64,000 nucleotides of DNA from Fidelibacterota bacterium (GTDB taxonomy: Bacteria > Fidelibacterota > UBA2242), in the NCBI GenBank assembly GCA_011046365.1, contig DSAS01000047.1, positions 590-64,589 on the forward strand, read 5' to 3'. A program made the position numbers and the translations under genes. Positions 17,448 through 27,400 of this stretch are shown in pieces. Position 1 is the stretch's first letter; every line of letters begins with the position of its first letter. A model generated the notes under the pieces. That model searched no databases and was not told where the DNA came from. It was given only the letters and a program-made list of their open reading frames with translations.

Positions 17448-18365
17448 TTATAAATATTGTGAAAAGCTGACCGAGGTGATGTGTCCCGCGTCACTCAATC
17501 CGACGACGGCAATGTCGAAAACAAAGGCTTTGTAGTTAATGCCCAGACCGGCGGAGGCGGCGGCGAAGAAGCTTTTCAGACTCTGCTGACTGAGCAGCTG
17601 GAACCGGCGAGTGGAATTGCCCCAGCGCAGATAGAGATATTCGCCGATGATAAATTCGCCGCCGATATTGGCGATATAATCGTTGCGGGCAGTCTTAAGG
17701 GCATCTACTGATAATATCATCGGCAGGTATGCCAGTTTTTTTGAGATACCGAATACGAGCGCGGCGGGCAGGTCCTCTTGACTGTCCGAGTAACCGCGGA
17801 TCAAAACACCGAAATTCCGGTAAGCCAGTCCGACCGAGAGTGTGGATATTTCGTCATAATAGAGTATTCCGGCAGAGCCCAGTGCCGCCGTTGCATTGAG
17901 AGATGACAGCCGCGATTGCATAAATGAAGCGGCTAAGCCGATGCTAAGCCGGCGGGTAATTTGCCTGCCATAGATTAACGAGCTGCTCAGATCATACACG
18001 CTGAAACTCCCGATTTCGACACCCTCCCAGTCACGCTCAATAAAGGAACCGTAGTTCAGATAGTCGAACTGCAAGGCGAATTTACCGGGTACCGGCAGGG
18101 CAAAAACAGTGGTGACGCCAGTGGCAGCAATATCCAGCGGAAACATTGTATGACTGATTTGCCACAAAGAGGGAGAATAATTAATCACCGCCGGATTGAA
18201 ACGGATTCCGGAGGCGGCTTTTGATTGACTGCTGACAGAGGAGCCCATGCCCCAGCCCCGCGCTCCGACCGGATGATTGAGTCCCTGAAAAAGTGCCTGC
18301 CCCTTCAGACCGGCGACAGAAAGAATTAGGAAAACGGTTAAGAGTGTTTTTCGGTTGGATTTCAT
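17448..18365 (-). CDS. Outer-membrane beta-barrel protein (possibly a PorP/SprF/PorQ-like T9SS-associated barrel)
   Basis: Signal peptide, 305 aa, RFNPAVINYSP segment near the N-terminus and alternating beta-strand pattern. The family assignment is tentative. Overlaps the upstream gene by 4 nt (translationally coupled). Confidence 0.55.
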   Translation of the reverse strand: MKSNRKTLLTVFLILSVAGLKGQALFQGLNHPVGARGWGMGSSVSSQSKAASGIRFNPAVINYSPSLWQISHTMFPLDIAATGVTTVFALPVPGKFALQFDYLNYGSFIERDWEGVEIGSFSVYDLSSSLIYGRQITRRLSIGLAASFMQSRLSSLNATAALGSAGILYYDEISTLSVGLAYRNFGVLIRGYSDSQEDLPAALVFGISKKLAYLPMILSVDALKTARNDYIANIGGEFIIGEYLYLRWGNSTRRFQLLSQQSLKSFFAAASAGLGINYKAFVFDIAVVGLSDAGHITSVSFSQYL

Positions 18366-19261
18366 TCTATTTGGATTGGATCATTGGTAATGTCTTCACT
18401 GTTCCACTGCTGAATAATTCTTTTGTTCCGGCGACCTTTGATAAAATAAACAATAATCACCAATATTGGTATAATTAACCAGACGATATACTGAATATCC
18501 AGCAGAAATATCCAGCGATAGCGGCTGGTGATATATTTTTTCCAGCGCAGCTCCAGAGATTCCAGGTTATTGTCGGTCAGATTTTGAAGAGTGGCGGCGA
18601 AATTTTTTGTGTTACGCAGATCGGTGAAAAATTCGCTCAAAATTTCTTCCCCGTAAACCTGGGTTAAATATTCGATCAGTGAAGCACTCTCGGCATAGGC
18701 GAGATCAGCCTGCAGGTGGTTATATTGGAGGAAATCCGACAGCTTGGCAAGGGGAATGAGGTGGTTCTGAAAAATAGTCCGGGATAGCAGAATCCGGCTG
18801 GCAATATCGTAAGGCTGGCTGTAGTAGATCGCCAGCCCCTCGTTAAACCAGGTGGGGGTGATATTGAGGGGCACCGCCATGCTTTGATAGAGATGAATGA
18901 ATTCGTGTTCAACGGTCGTGCGGAATTGCCGCAACGTGGAGTTTGTCAGTGCCGGACTTTTTAAAACAATGATATTTACTGGAAAGATTGTCACGGCAGC
19001 GGTCCAGTAGGGCAAATGTGCGCCGGCTATCTCTTCGAAAGCGGTTTGGGTTTCGGTCAGATAGATTTGAACCTCCTGATTTCCGCCGCCAAAGATCGGT
19101 TCCAATTCGGGAACCATATTTTGGATGGTATTCAGAACGAACTTTGCCAGCTGTTCGCTTTGCTCGGGATAGAAAATCCGGATATTCTCACTGTTCAACT
19201 CCTTTGTCCGGGCAGGGAGCAAGCAGGCAAACAGAAGGATAATGAAAGCGATTTTTTTCAT
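18362..19261 (-). CDS. Membrane-anchored zinc metallopeptidase, peptidase-MA (HExxH...NEGLA) family
   Basis: Signal/anchor at the N-terminus, HEFIHLYQ zincin motif with downstream NEGLAIYY (third ligand Glu), and a C-terminal TM helix WLIIPILVIIVYFI. Start overlaps the priA stop by 1 nt. Confidence 0.65.
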   Translation of the reverse strand: MKKIAFIILLFACLLPARTKELNSENIRIFYPEQSEQLAKFVLNTIQNMVPELEPIFGGGNQEVQIYLTETQTAFEEIAGAHLPYWTAAVTIFPVNIIVLKSPALTNSTLRQFRTTVEHEFIHLYQSMAVPLNITPTWFNEGLAIYYSQPYDIASRILLSRTIFQNHLIPLAKLSDFLQYNHLQADLAYAESASLIEYLTQVYGEEILSEFFTDLRNTKNFAATLQNLTDNNLESLELRWKKYITSRYRWIFLLDIQYIVWLIIPILVIIVYFIKGRRNKRIIQQWNSEDITNDPIQIE

Positions 19262-21711
19262 TAAAGTAAATCCAGCGGATCAATATCAATATGAATACGT
19301 ACCTGACGGGTTTGGGATTGATATACGGATGAGTTCAGGAAGGTTTTCAGCAGTGAGCGCAGACGGGCGCCGTTGGGATCGCTCTCTTTCCGGGATTTAA
19401 TGATGGAAAGGTAGCGATACCGGTTTTTTATTTTGGGGATCGGCGCCGGGGCGGGACCCAGAATCTCCAGTTTTTTGGCATTTAGCTTGAGAAAACGGGT
19501 GCACCGTTCGGCGGCGTTTTTGGTTTTTAATTCACTTAAGCCGGAAAAGAGAATCGCGCCAATCCGGCTGAAGGGCGGGTAATTGACGGGATTCCGCTCG
19601 CTCAGTTCCAGGGCGGTGAATTTGGCAAAATTTTGCTGCATAGCAAAACGGATGGTGTTGTCCTGAGGATTGAAACTCTGGATGTAGACTTCGCCCTGTA
19701 CCGCACCCCGTCCGGCTCTGCCCGCAACCTGATAGAGCAGGTGAAAAACCCGCTCCCGGGCGCGGAAATCCGGCATGAACAACCCGATATCGGCATTCAG
19801 TACACCAACGAGAGTTACGTTCGGAAAGTCCAGCCCTTTAGCGATCATCTGGGTTCCAAGAATCAGATCAATCTTGCCGGTTTCAAAATCTCGCATGACT
19901 TTTTGAGAGAAACCCCGCTGGCGGGTGCTGTCAACATCGAGACGGACAACATTGTGTTGCGGGAAGGATTTCTTAAGGGCGTTTTCGACCCGCTGGGTGC
20001 CGAATCCCGGATAGAGAAATTTCGATGAATGGCAGTTGGGACAATAGTCCGGAGGTCTTTGGCGGAGACCGCAGTAGTGACAGAGCAGGATTTGATCGTT
20101 TTTGTGGTAGGTTAGTGAGATGTCGCAATTGCGGCACTTGGGCGTCCAGCCGCAATCGGGACAAAGAATAACATTGGAATAGCCGCGTCGGTTTTGAAGC
20201 AGTAATACCTGTTCGCCGTTTTGCAGTTTTTCGGAAATTTTGGTACTGAGAATGCGGGAGATTGGATTCTCGTAGTCGCCGGTGTCTTTCCATTCGGCTT
20301 TCATATCAATGATTTCGATTTTTGCCGAGGGTGCTTCGGAAAAGCGTTTGATCAATTCCATTTTTCTGAATTTTCTGGTGGCGGCATTGTAGAGGCTTTC
20401 CAGGCTGGGGGTGGCTGAGCCCATGACGACGACGGCGGCACATTCGACGGCTCGGAGCAAGGCGGCATCGCGGGCATGATAACGGGGTTCCTGATCCCGC
20501 TGTTTAAAGGAGCTGTCCTGCTCTTCATCAATGATGATTAAGCCCAGATTAGACAGAGGCAACATTACGGCGCTGCGTGCTCCGATGACAATGGGATAGT
20601 GCCCGCTCCGGATTTTTTCCCAGAGTGTGTGACGTTGCAGACTGCTGAGGTGACTGTGCCAGATCGCAATCTGATCTTTGAACTCGCCGCGGAAGCGGCT
20701 TGCCAGATGCGTTGTCAGCGTTATTTCCGGGACGAGGACCAGCGCCGATTTATCGGCTAAAAGTGCTTTTTTAATCAGTTCCAGATAGATTTCGGTTTTA
20801 CCGCTGCCGGTGACTCCATGGATTAAAAAGGGGACATACTGCCCGGCGCCGATATACTTGCTGATTTCGCCGGTAACGTCGTTCTGTTCGGCGGTGAGGG
20901 TGATGGTTTTTTCTTTGCTCAGAATATTTTCCCAAAAGACATCGTCGGAAATTTCGGTTTCGGTAAGGGTGATCAAACCTTTACTGAGAAGCGTTTTGAC
21001 CGCCGCCGGAGAGAAGTTGGCGATTTTCTCTTGTGCAGCGGTTTTATTTTTTGTCAGATACGCCAGAATTTCCCATTGGCGGGGTGCGCGTTTCGGCAAA
21101 GCCTGAATATCCGGTTTGTGGAGATTGAAATTTTCTGCAAGTGAATAGTTTTTCCGGACGAGTGACCGATGCCGGGGTGTGATAAATTGGGGTGCCTCGC
21201 TGACCTTCTGCAATTTTTTCAGTAAAGCCAGACCCGGTCGGACGGTGGCGCTGCCAAATTCCCGTTTTAAGGTGGACAGAAGAACCGCTTTACCGGTCTG
21301 AATTCTTGCGAAAAGGGGCTGATATTTTTCGGGAATGTCGGCTGATTCGGGGCTGATGGCGTAGACCCGGCGTTGGCGTTGAATCTGATATTCGGCGGGA
21401 ATTGCCGCCGCCAGGGTTTTTCCGATCGGTGCCAGATAGTAGTCGGACAGTTTGATTAAAAAATGGAAAAGGTCAGGCGGGAGCAGTGGCTCGTTATCAA
21501 TGATTTCAGAAACGGTTTTCAGTTTGATGTTTGCCGGCGCCGGGATTCCGGTTTCGATGATGAAGCCGATTGTCGCCGTGTTTCGCAGGGGTGCCACCGC
21601 CCGCTGACCGGGTTGGACGCCTGTGGTGCCGGTTTCCGGACTGATACGATAGGTATACAGTCGCCGTAAAGCGGTGGAGGGAAAGGCGATATTTACCAGT
21701 ACATCGGACAT
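19261..21711 (-). CDS. priA: Primosomal protein N' (replication-restart helicase PriA)
   Basis: GVTGSGKTEIYL Walker A, DEEQD box, two Cys4 zinc fingers (CPDCGWTPKCRNC..., CHYCGLRQRPPDYCPNC). 816 aa. Confidence 0.95.
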   Translation of the reverse strand: MSDVLVNIAFPSTALRRLYTYRISPETGTTGVQPGQRAVAPLRNTATIGFIIETGIPAPANIKLKTVSEIIDNEPLLPPDLFHFLIKLSDYYLAPIGKTLAAAIPAEYQIQRQRRVYAISPESADIPEKYQPLFARIQTGKAVLLSTLKREFGSATVRPGLALLKKLQKVSEAPQFITPRHRSLVRKNYSLAENFNLHKPDIQALPKRAPRQWEILAYLTKNKTAAQEKIANFSPAAVKTLLSKGLITLTETEISDDVFWENILSKEKTITLTAEQNDVTGEISKYIGAGQYVPFLIHGVTGSGKTEIYLELIKKALLADKSALVLVPEITLTTHLASRFRGEFKDQIAIWHSHLSSLQRHTLWEKIRSGHYPIVIGARSAVMLPLSNLGLIIIDEEQDSSFKQRDQEPRYHARDAALLRAVECAAVVVMGSATPSLESLYNAATRKFRKMELIKRFSEAPSAKIEIIDMKAEWKDTGDYENPISRILSTKISEKLQNGEQVLLLQNRRGYSNVILCPDCGWTPKCRNCDISLTYHKNDQILLCHYCGLRQRPPDYCPNCHSSKFLYPGFGTQRVENALKKSFPQHNVVRLDVDSTRQRGFSQKVMRDFETGKIDLILGTQMIAKGLDFPNVTLVGVLNADIGLFMPDFRARERVFHLLYQVAGRAGRGAVQGEVYIQSFNPQDNTIRFAMQQNFAKFTALELSERNPVNYPPFSRIGAILFSGLSELKTKNAAERCTRFLKLNAKKLEILGPAPAPIPKIKNRYRYLSIIKSRKESDPNGARLRSLLKTFLNSSVYQSQTRQVRIHIDIDPLDLL

Positions 21712-21787
21712 GCTGATAAAAAATATACCCTCTTTTTCCCCATTTCACAAGTCAATATCGGTAGCAGCGGGGCAGAAAAACAATAAA

Positions 21788-21810
21788 GGCGAAACATTTC
21801 CGGTTTCGCC
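21788..21810 (-). terminator. Rho-independent terminator downstream of rplI (could act on both strands)
   Basis: ggcgaaac-atttccg-gtttcgcc hairpin with T-tracts on both sides (ttttttatt on plus, tttattg on minus). Confidence 0.6.
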
Positions 21811-21839
21811 TTTTTTATTCTGTCGTGAAAATTGGCGGC

Positions 21840-22283
21840 TTACGCTTTAATGACCCAAAGCTTGACCGATGCCGTAATTTCCGGATGCAGTTTTACGGGA
21901 ATTTCAAAGATGCCGAGGGCTTTGATCGGTTCCTGGAGCAAAATCTGGCGTTTGTCAATGTCATAGCCCTTGTCTTTGAGCTGCTGGGCGATGTCAATGG
22001 ACGTTACTGAACCGAAAACCCGATCCTCTTCGCCAACCTGAACAGGAATGGTTAGTGAGAGACTCTGGAGTTTTTCAGCCAGCTCCCGGGATTGTTTCAG
22101 GGCGTGGTTCTGTTGCAGCTCTTTCAGGTGTGCCATTTCCCGAAAGCGTTTGATGTTGTTTTTATCGGCTTTCAGAGCCAGCCCTTTGGGGAAGAGAAAA
22201 TTCCGGGCATATCCGTCTTTTACCTCAATCTGATCACCGGCCGTTCCCAAGCCTTCATAATCCTGAAGCATGATAATACGCAC
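21840..22283 (-). CDS. rplI: 50S ribosomal protein L9
   Basis: MRIIMLQDYEGLGTAGDQIEVKDGYARNFLFPKGLA aligns residue for residue with L9 N-termini. Confidence 0.9.
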   Translation of the reverse strand: MRIIMLQDYEGLGTAGDQIEVKDGYARNFLFPKGLALKADKNNIKRFREMAHLKELQQNHALKQSRELAEKLQSLSLTIPVQVGEEDRVFGSVTSIDIAQQLKDKGYDIDKRQILLQEPIKALGIFEIPVKLHPEITASVKLWVIKA

Positions 22284-22309
22284 AATAGCCTCCTGTGTAT
22301 CTGAATAAT

Positions 22310-22540
22310 TTAGTTTTGAGTGACGTCATAAGCGTAGGGCAGCAAAGCGATATTCCGGGCGCGCTTGATCGCTTTGGTCAGCTCCCGCTGGTGCTTGGCG
22401 CAGGTGCCGGTAATCCGGCTGGGAATAATTTTGCCCTGTTCGGTAACGAAGCGCCGCAGGACCTTGTAATTTTTATAGTCAATTTGCTCTTTGGGATTTT
22501 CACAAAACTTGCAAATCTTCTTTTTACTTAATAGTGCCAT
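22310..22540 (-). CDS. rpsR: 30S ribosomal protein S18
   Basis: [55 protein letters not shown]. Confidence 0.9.
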   Translation of the reverse strand: MALLSKKKICKFCENPKEQIDYKNYKVLRRFVTEQGKIIPSRITGTCAKHQRELTKAIKRARNIALLPYAYDVTQN

Positions 22541-22597
22541 GGTTTATCCTTTCTTTATCATTTGGAGCCAGGAGCTTAGCCGGCTGAGCCGTTAATC

Positions 22598-22936
22598 CTA
22601 TTCTCTGTCATTATCCTTGTCGGTCCCGGCGTTGCGGGGTTCCGGTTTTTCGCTCAGCGCAATGGTCTGGTAAGCCAGAATTTCTGAGCGTAATTTCATC
22701 CAGGATTCCAGCTCCAGATTGATCTTGTTGTTTTCCGATTCATACTGAACCAGAACATAGTTGCCGTATTTCTGTTTTTCAATCGGATAGGCTAAACGCC
22801 GTTTTCCCCAATCCTCAACAATCAGGACATTGCCGTTCAGGTTGGCAATTTCCTTTTTGACTGATTCAATGGTATGGGTCAGTTTTTCCTGTTCATAATT
22901 TGGATGAACAATAAATAGATTTTCGTAATACCTCAC
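22598..22936 (-). CDS. rpsF: 30S ribosomal protein S6
   Basis: MRYYENLFIVHPN...GKRRLAYPI with an acidic C-terminus. The rpsF-rpsR-rplI order has no ssb or priB between the genes. Confidence 0.9.
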   Translation of the reverse strand: MRYYENLFIVHPNYEQEKLTHTIESVKKEIANLNGNVLIVEDWGKRRLAYPIEKQKYGNYVLVQYESENNKINLELESWMKLRSEILAYQTIALSEKPEPRNAGTDKDNDRE

Positions 22937-22971
22937 AGGTTGAACTCCTTATGTTAATAATCAATTAGGCG

Positions 22972-25020
22972 TTATCTCAGCAACGGTGCAATAACCAGCG
23001 AAACGATGGTCATTAATTTTATTAAAATATTCAATGAAGGACCGGCGGTATCTTTAAAAGGATCGCCTACGGTGTCGCCGGTGACGGCGGCTTTGTGGGG
23101 ATCGCTGCCCTTTCCACCCAGGTTGCCCTCCTCGATGTATTTTTTGGCATTGTCCCAGGCGCCGCCGGAATTAGCCATAAAAATAGCCATCAGGACACCC
23201 GTAACGGTCACGCCAGCCAGCAGACCACCCAGCATCTCTTTGTGAATGAATCCCAGAATCGGGGGAATCGCCACCGCCAGGGTGCCCGGAAGAATCATTT
23301 TTTTAATTGCCGCGGCGGTTGAGATATCTACACATCGGGAGTAATCGGCGCTGGCATCACCTTCCATTAAACCTTTGATTTCACGAAACTGACGGCGAAC
23401 CTCCTTGATCATCTCGTAAGCCGCTTCACCCACCGCCCGCATTAACATGCTGCTGAACAGGAATGGCAGCATGGCACCAAGCAGCAACCCGGCAATCACA
23501 AAGGGATTAGTCAGATTGATGGAATCAATTTTTGCAGAGGTCTGAAAAGCCGAGAAGAGCGCTAAAGCTGTCAGCGCCGCAGAGCCGATGGCGAATCCTT
23601 TGCCTACGGCTGCCGTTGTATTCCCCACGGCATCCAGTTTATCGGTGCGTTTACGCACATCCCGCCCCAGACGGGACATTTCGGCAATCCCGCCGGCGTT
23701 GTCGGCGACCGGACCGTAAGCATCTATAGCCAGCTGGATACCCGTTGTCGAAAGCATGCCAAGTGCAGCGATGGCGATACCGTATAATCCGGCGATACTA
23801 TAAGCGATCATAATCGCGCCGGCGATAAAAATGGTCGGGAACATGGTCGAGAGCATTCCAAGACTCAAACCGGCAATTATATTGGTCGCATGACCGGTCA
23901 TGGATTGCCGGGCAATCCACTGCGCCGGTTTTTTGGATTCCGATGTATAATATTCAGTAATCATTCCGATGGCAAAGCCGGCGACTAGACCGGTCAGGGT
24001 TGCCAGCCAGACACCAAAGGCGTTCAGAGATGTATTGCCCGCTGTTGCAGTACCGGGTAAAATTATTTTCGCAACGGGATAGATTAGTAGCAGCATGAGT
24101 CCATCGGCGACCAATGTCCCGCGGTTCAGCGCATTTTGGGGATTACCGCCCTCTTTGGTTTTGACCAGAAACGTTCCCACCAGGGAACAGAGAATTCCCA
24201 GCCCTGCCAGAGCCAGGGGTAGGATGACCAGGTTTAAACCAAAAAGCGTGCCCAGAACCATTGTGCCGATAATGGAACCGACATAACTTTCAAAGAGATC
24301 GGCGCCCATGCCGGCGACATCGCCCACGTTGTCGCCCACGTTGTCGGCGATGGTAGCGGGATTGCGGGGATCGTCATCCGGGATGCCGGCTTCGACCTTT
24401 CCCACCAGATCGGCGCCCACATCAGCGGCTTTGGTATAGATGCCGCCGCCGACACGGGCAAAAAGGGCTACGGAGCTGGCTCCAAAGCTGAAGCCGCTCA
24501 AGATCGGCAAGACGGTGTCATCAAGATTTTCAATGGTGCTGCCGTAACATTTGACGAGAATGATGAAAAGCGTCGCCAGACCGATCAATCCCAGACCGAC
24601 CACGCTCATGCCCATTACCGAACCGCTGGAAAAAGCGACTTTAAGCGCCTGGTTGAGTCCGGTTCTGGCTGCCTGCGTAGTGCGGACGTTTGCCAGGGTG
24701 GCAATCCGCATGCCGATGAAACCTGCCAGCCCGGAACAGATTGCCCCGGTGATGAAAGAAACCGCCACCAACCGGTTAGCGCCTTTGTTGGCAATCAGCA
24801 GCAGGATGGATGCCGCCAATAAAAAGATCAGGAGGACTTTACATTCTCTGTATAAAAAAGCCATTGCGCCGTCGCGAATGTGACCAGCGATAGTTTGCAT
24901 GGTTTCACTACCCCGATCCTGCCGGGAAACCCAGAGGGATTTCAGAAAGGCAAACAACAATGCAATTAAACCGACTGCGATTGTCAAATAAACCCAGTTA
25001 ATCGAAAGGTCCGGTACCAT
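22972..25020 (-). CDS. hppA: Membrane-bound proton/sodium-translocating pyrophosphatase
   Basis: 682 aa polytopic protein with [35 protein letters not shown] and GGAWDNAKK motifs. Its start ATG overlaps the pth stop (ATGA). Confidence 0.9.
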   Translation of the reverse strand: MVPDLSINWVYLTIAVGLIALLFAFLKSLWVSRQDRGSETMQTIAGHIRDGAMAFLYRECKVLLIFLLAASILLLIANKGANRLVAVSFITGAICSGLAGFIGMRIATLANVRTTQAARTGLNQALKVAFSSGSVMGMSVVGLGLIGLATLFIILVKCYGSTIENLDDTVLPILSGFSFGASSVALFARVGGGIYTKAADVGADLVGKVEAGIPDDDPRNPATIADNVGDNVGDVAGMGADLFESYVGSIIGTMVLGTLFGLNLVILPLALAGLGILCSLVGTFLVKTKEGGNPQNALNRGTLVADGLMLLLIYPVAKIILPGTATAGNTSLNAFGVWLATLTGLVAGFAIGMITEYYTSESKKPAQWIARQSMTGHATNIIAGLSLGMLSTMFPTIFIAGAIMIAYSIAGLYGIAIAALGMLSTTGIQLAIDAYGPVADNAGGIAEMSRLGRDVRKRTDKLDAVGNTTAAVGKGFAIGSAALTALALFSAFQTSAKIDSINLTNPFVIAGLLLGAMLPFLFSSMLMRAVGEAAYEMIKEVRRQFREIKGLMEGDASADYSRCVDISTAAAIKKMILPGTLAVAIPPILGFIHKEMLGGLLAGVTVTGVLMAIFMANSGGAWDNAKKYIEEGNLGGKGSDPHKAAVTGDTVGDPFKDTAGPSLNILIKLMTIVSLVIAPLLR

Positions 25021-25628
25021 CAGGTAACTCCCTTTTTAATGTCACAGAGGTCAATATTGTTATAACGGCTCATGATATTATCAATTTCGGAATTGACGAA
25101 TTCGAGCAAAATTTCCACACAGAGATTAATAACTTTTGCGGCGATAATCTGTTCAGATGTCCGGAAATCCTCCAGCACGAATTCTTCCGATGGAACATCG
25201 GGACGCTGCGGACCGATCCCGAGACGAAGGCGGGGGAAATCGGTTGTCTGTAAACTATCCGAGATGGACTTTACGCCCTTATGACCGCCGGGAGAGCCAC
25301 TTTTACGGATTCGAATCCGCCCCAACGGTAAATCAATATCGTCGTAAACAACCAGTAAGCGGTCGGGCTTTATATCAAAATGACGCAGCAACTGCCGGGC
25401 GGCAACACCGCTTTTATTCATGAAGGTAAGTGGTTTTGCCAGGATGACCGAGGTGCCATTTTCCCGAAGTGATTCTGCATCTTCGCACCACAGATAGGCG
25501 CTGTTACCCCGGCGAAAATTCAGCTGCCTCAGTTCGGCAAAGCGGTCGAGAACCATAAAGCCGAAATTATGGCGATTGTTGTGATAATTGGCGCCGGGGT
25601 TTCCGAGTCCCATGATAATTTTTACCAC
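25020..25628 (-). CDS. pth: Peptidyl-tRNA hydrolase
   Basis: ...[21 protein letters not shown]... The start is ambiguous: ATG at 25673 (track ORF), GTG at 25628 (gives [12 protein letters not shown], the best fit to the Pth N-terminal beta-strand), or ATG at 25613. Confidence 0.8.
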   Translation of the reverse strand: MVKIIMGLGNPGANYHNNRHNFGFMVLDRFAELRQLNFRRGNSAYLWCEDAESLRENGTSVILAKPLTFMNKSGVAARQLLRHFDIKPDRLLVVYDDIDLPLGRIRIRKSGSPGGHKGVKSISDSLQTTDFPRLRLGIGPQRPDVPSEEFVLEDFRTSEQIIAAKVINLCVEILLEFVNSEIDNIMSRYNNIDLCDIKKGVT

Positions 25629-25689
25629 CCTATGCGTTGAACGCCGTTTGAATGCAGAAAAGAGGCTGATCATTTAACATCATTCGCAT

Positions 25690-26325
25690 TTATTCTTCGG
25701 ATTCCTCTTCGGACTCTTCACCTTCTTCGCCCTCTTCGAGCTCTTCACCGGCTTCAAGCTCTTCCTCGGTCTTCAGACCGGTGGCTTTGACAACCGAGAC
25801 GATGGAGCTATTGGTTGGTGTCAAAAGTTCGACATGTTCGGGCACGACCAGGTCTCCGACCGTAATGGAATCCCCGATATTTAAATTCGCTACATTGACA
25901 GTGAAGTTATCGGGAATATCGGTAGCTTTACATTTCACTTCGATTTCCCAGAGGTGTTGCGCCAGGACTCCACCGAAGTTTTTGACCCCGATGGCGGAAC
26001 CCTCTACCACAATGGGTACATCAACGGTGATATCCTCTTGCAAGGTGATTCCCATGAAATCGGCATGAATAATTTCGTCGGAAACCGGATCGTGCTGGAG
26101 ATCCCGGATAATGCAGATATGTTTTTTGTTGCCCATCTGCAGTTCGATGATATGGGCGCCGGAATGAATAGCGCTGCGCAGTTCTTTTAAATCCACGGCA
26201 AGTGGCAAAGGCTTTTCCCGGTGAAAATAGTAAACCGCGGGGATTTTGCCCTCTTTGCGCAGTTGCTTGTTGACCCGTTTATGCAGGTTGGTGCGCAGGT
26301 CCGTATTTAACTTATAGTTAGCCAT
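25690..26325 (-). CDS. rplY: 50S ribosomal protein L25 / general stress protein Ctc, with acidic C-terminal tail
   Basis: MANYKLNTDLRTNLHKRVNKQLRKEGKIPAVYY... L25/Ctc beta-barrel domain followed by an EELEAGEELEEGEEGEESEEESEE tail. Confidence 0.9.
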   Translation of the reverse strand: MANYKLNTDLRTNLHKRVNKQLRKEGKIPAVYYFHREKPLPLAVDLKELRSAIHSGAHIIELQMGNKKHICIIRDLQHDPVSDEIIHADFMGITLQEDITVDVPIVVEGSAIGVKNFGGVLAQHLWEIEVKCKATDIPDNFTVNVANLNIGDSITVGDLVVPEHVELLTPTNSSIVSVVKATGLKTEEELEAGEELEEGEEGEESEEESEE

Positions 26326-26343
26326 TAAAAACTCCTTTAGTGT

Positions 26344-27279
26344 TTAAAAATCAAATAGTGAGCTGATAGATTCTTCATAGTGTATTCGTTTGATTGCTTC
26401 CGCCAGCATCGGCGCGGCTGAGATGATTTCAAGTTTGGGAAATGTCCGTTCTTCCGGGATGGCAAGACTGTTTGTCACAATGACCTTATCAATCGGAGAA
26501 TCGGTCAACCGACGAATACAGTCCCCGGAAAAGAGCCCGTGGGTTGCCACCGCGGTAATGGTTTCAACACCCCGGCTTTTAATGAGTTCGGCGGCTTGAG
26601 CAATTGTGCCGCCGGTATCAATCATATCGTCAATGAGGAGGACATGTTCGAGATCAATATCGCCGATCACGTTCATGACTTCGGCTTTATTGGGTTGCGG
26701 TCTCCGTTTATCAATAATTGTCAGGGGCAGACCGAGAATTTGGGCGTAGGAGCGGGCAAATTTGATTCCGCCGACGTCGGGCACCACGATGCAATAATTT
26801 TGACCATCAATTAATTTTTTCAGGGGCTCGATGAAAATTGTTTTGGCATAGAGATGGTCAAAGGGCACATTCACAAATCCCTGAATCTGTGAGGAGTGCA
26901 AATCCATGGCGACAATCCGGTTGGCGCCGGCGTTGACGATTTCGTCCATGATCAGGCGGGATGAGATCGGCACCCGGGGCTGATCTTTGCGATCCTGGCG
27001 GGCATAGCCGTAATAAGGGATGACGGCGGTGATTCGTTTCGCTGAAGCGCGCCGGGCGGCATCAATGATAAGAAGCAGTTCGAGGATGTTTTCAGCCGGT
27101 GGATTCGTCGGCTGGACGATAAAAACATCAACGCCGCGAATGTTTTCTTCGAAGCGCAGCCAGATTTCGCCATCGCTGAAATTGCTGATCGAGACCTTGC
27201 CCGGTGTGAGACCCAGAATCTCGTTGATTTCCCGGGTTAGATTCGGATTGGCGCGTCCTGAAAATATTCTCGCTTTAAT
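26344..27279 (-). CDS. prs: Ribose-phosphate pyrophosphokinase (PRPP synthetase), apparently initiating at ATT
   Basis: The track ORF (26344..26973, GTG-start) lacks the N-terminal third. The same frame reads through upstream without stops: IKARIFSGRANPNLTREINEILGLTPGKVSISNFSDGEIWLRFEENIRGVDVFIVQPT...RITAVIPYYGYARQDRK (canonical Prs N-domain). There is no ATG, GTG or TTG in that frame. The first codon after an aaggag SD (8-nt spacer) is ATT, at 27277-27279. Confidence 0.8.
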   Translation of the reverse strand: MKARIFSGRANPNLTREINEILGLTPGKVSISNFSDGEIWLRFEENIRGVDVFIVQPTNPPAENILELLLIIDAARRASAKRITAVIPYYGYARQDRKDQPRVPISSRLIMDEIVNAGANRIVAMDLHSSQIQGFVNVPFDHLYAKTIFIEPLKKLIDGQNYCIVVPDVGGIKFARSYAQILGLPLTIIDKRRPQPNKAEVMNVIGDIDLEHVLLIDDMIDTGGTIAQAAELIKSRGVETITAVATHGLFSGDCIRRLTDSPIDKVIVTNSLAIPEERTFPKLEIISAAPMLAEAIKRIHYEESISSLFDF

Positions 27280-27311
27280 GCTTATGACTCCTTCCGGTTG
27301 TTTAAAATATG

Positions 27312-27382
27312 CTCGGGGACTTGGATTCGAACCAAGATTGACGGCTCCAAAGGCCGCAGTCCTGCCATTGGACGATCCCCGA
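27312..27382 (-). tRNA. tRNA-Gln (anticodon UUG)
   Basis: Manually folded cloverleaf: acceptor TCGGGGA/TCCCCGA, D-stem GTCC/GGAC, anticodon stem GCGGC/GCCGT with loop CTTTGGA (U33, anticodon TTG), T-arm CTTGG-TTCGAAT-CCAAG, discriminator G. No encoded CCA. Confidence 0.8.
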
Positions 27383-27400
27383 AGGGGTAAATTTGTTTTT

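Noticed and set aside
17042-17494. Full 150-aa ORF as the cytochrome-like lipoprotein
   Set aside because: The first 31 codons would overlap the upstream barrel gene by 47 nt and precede the signal peptide. The internal Met at 17401 gives a proper lipobox-containing N-terminus.
26344-26973. prs starting at the GTG at 26973, as implied by the ORF track
   Set aside because: That would delete the whole N-terminal domain (FSGRANP...YYGYARQDRK). The same frame is open upstream to an SD-proximal ATT.
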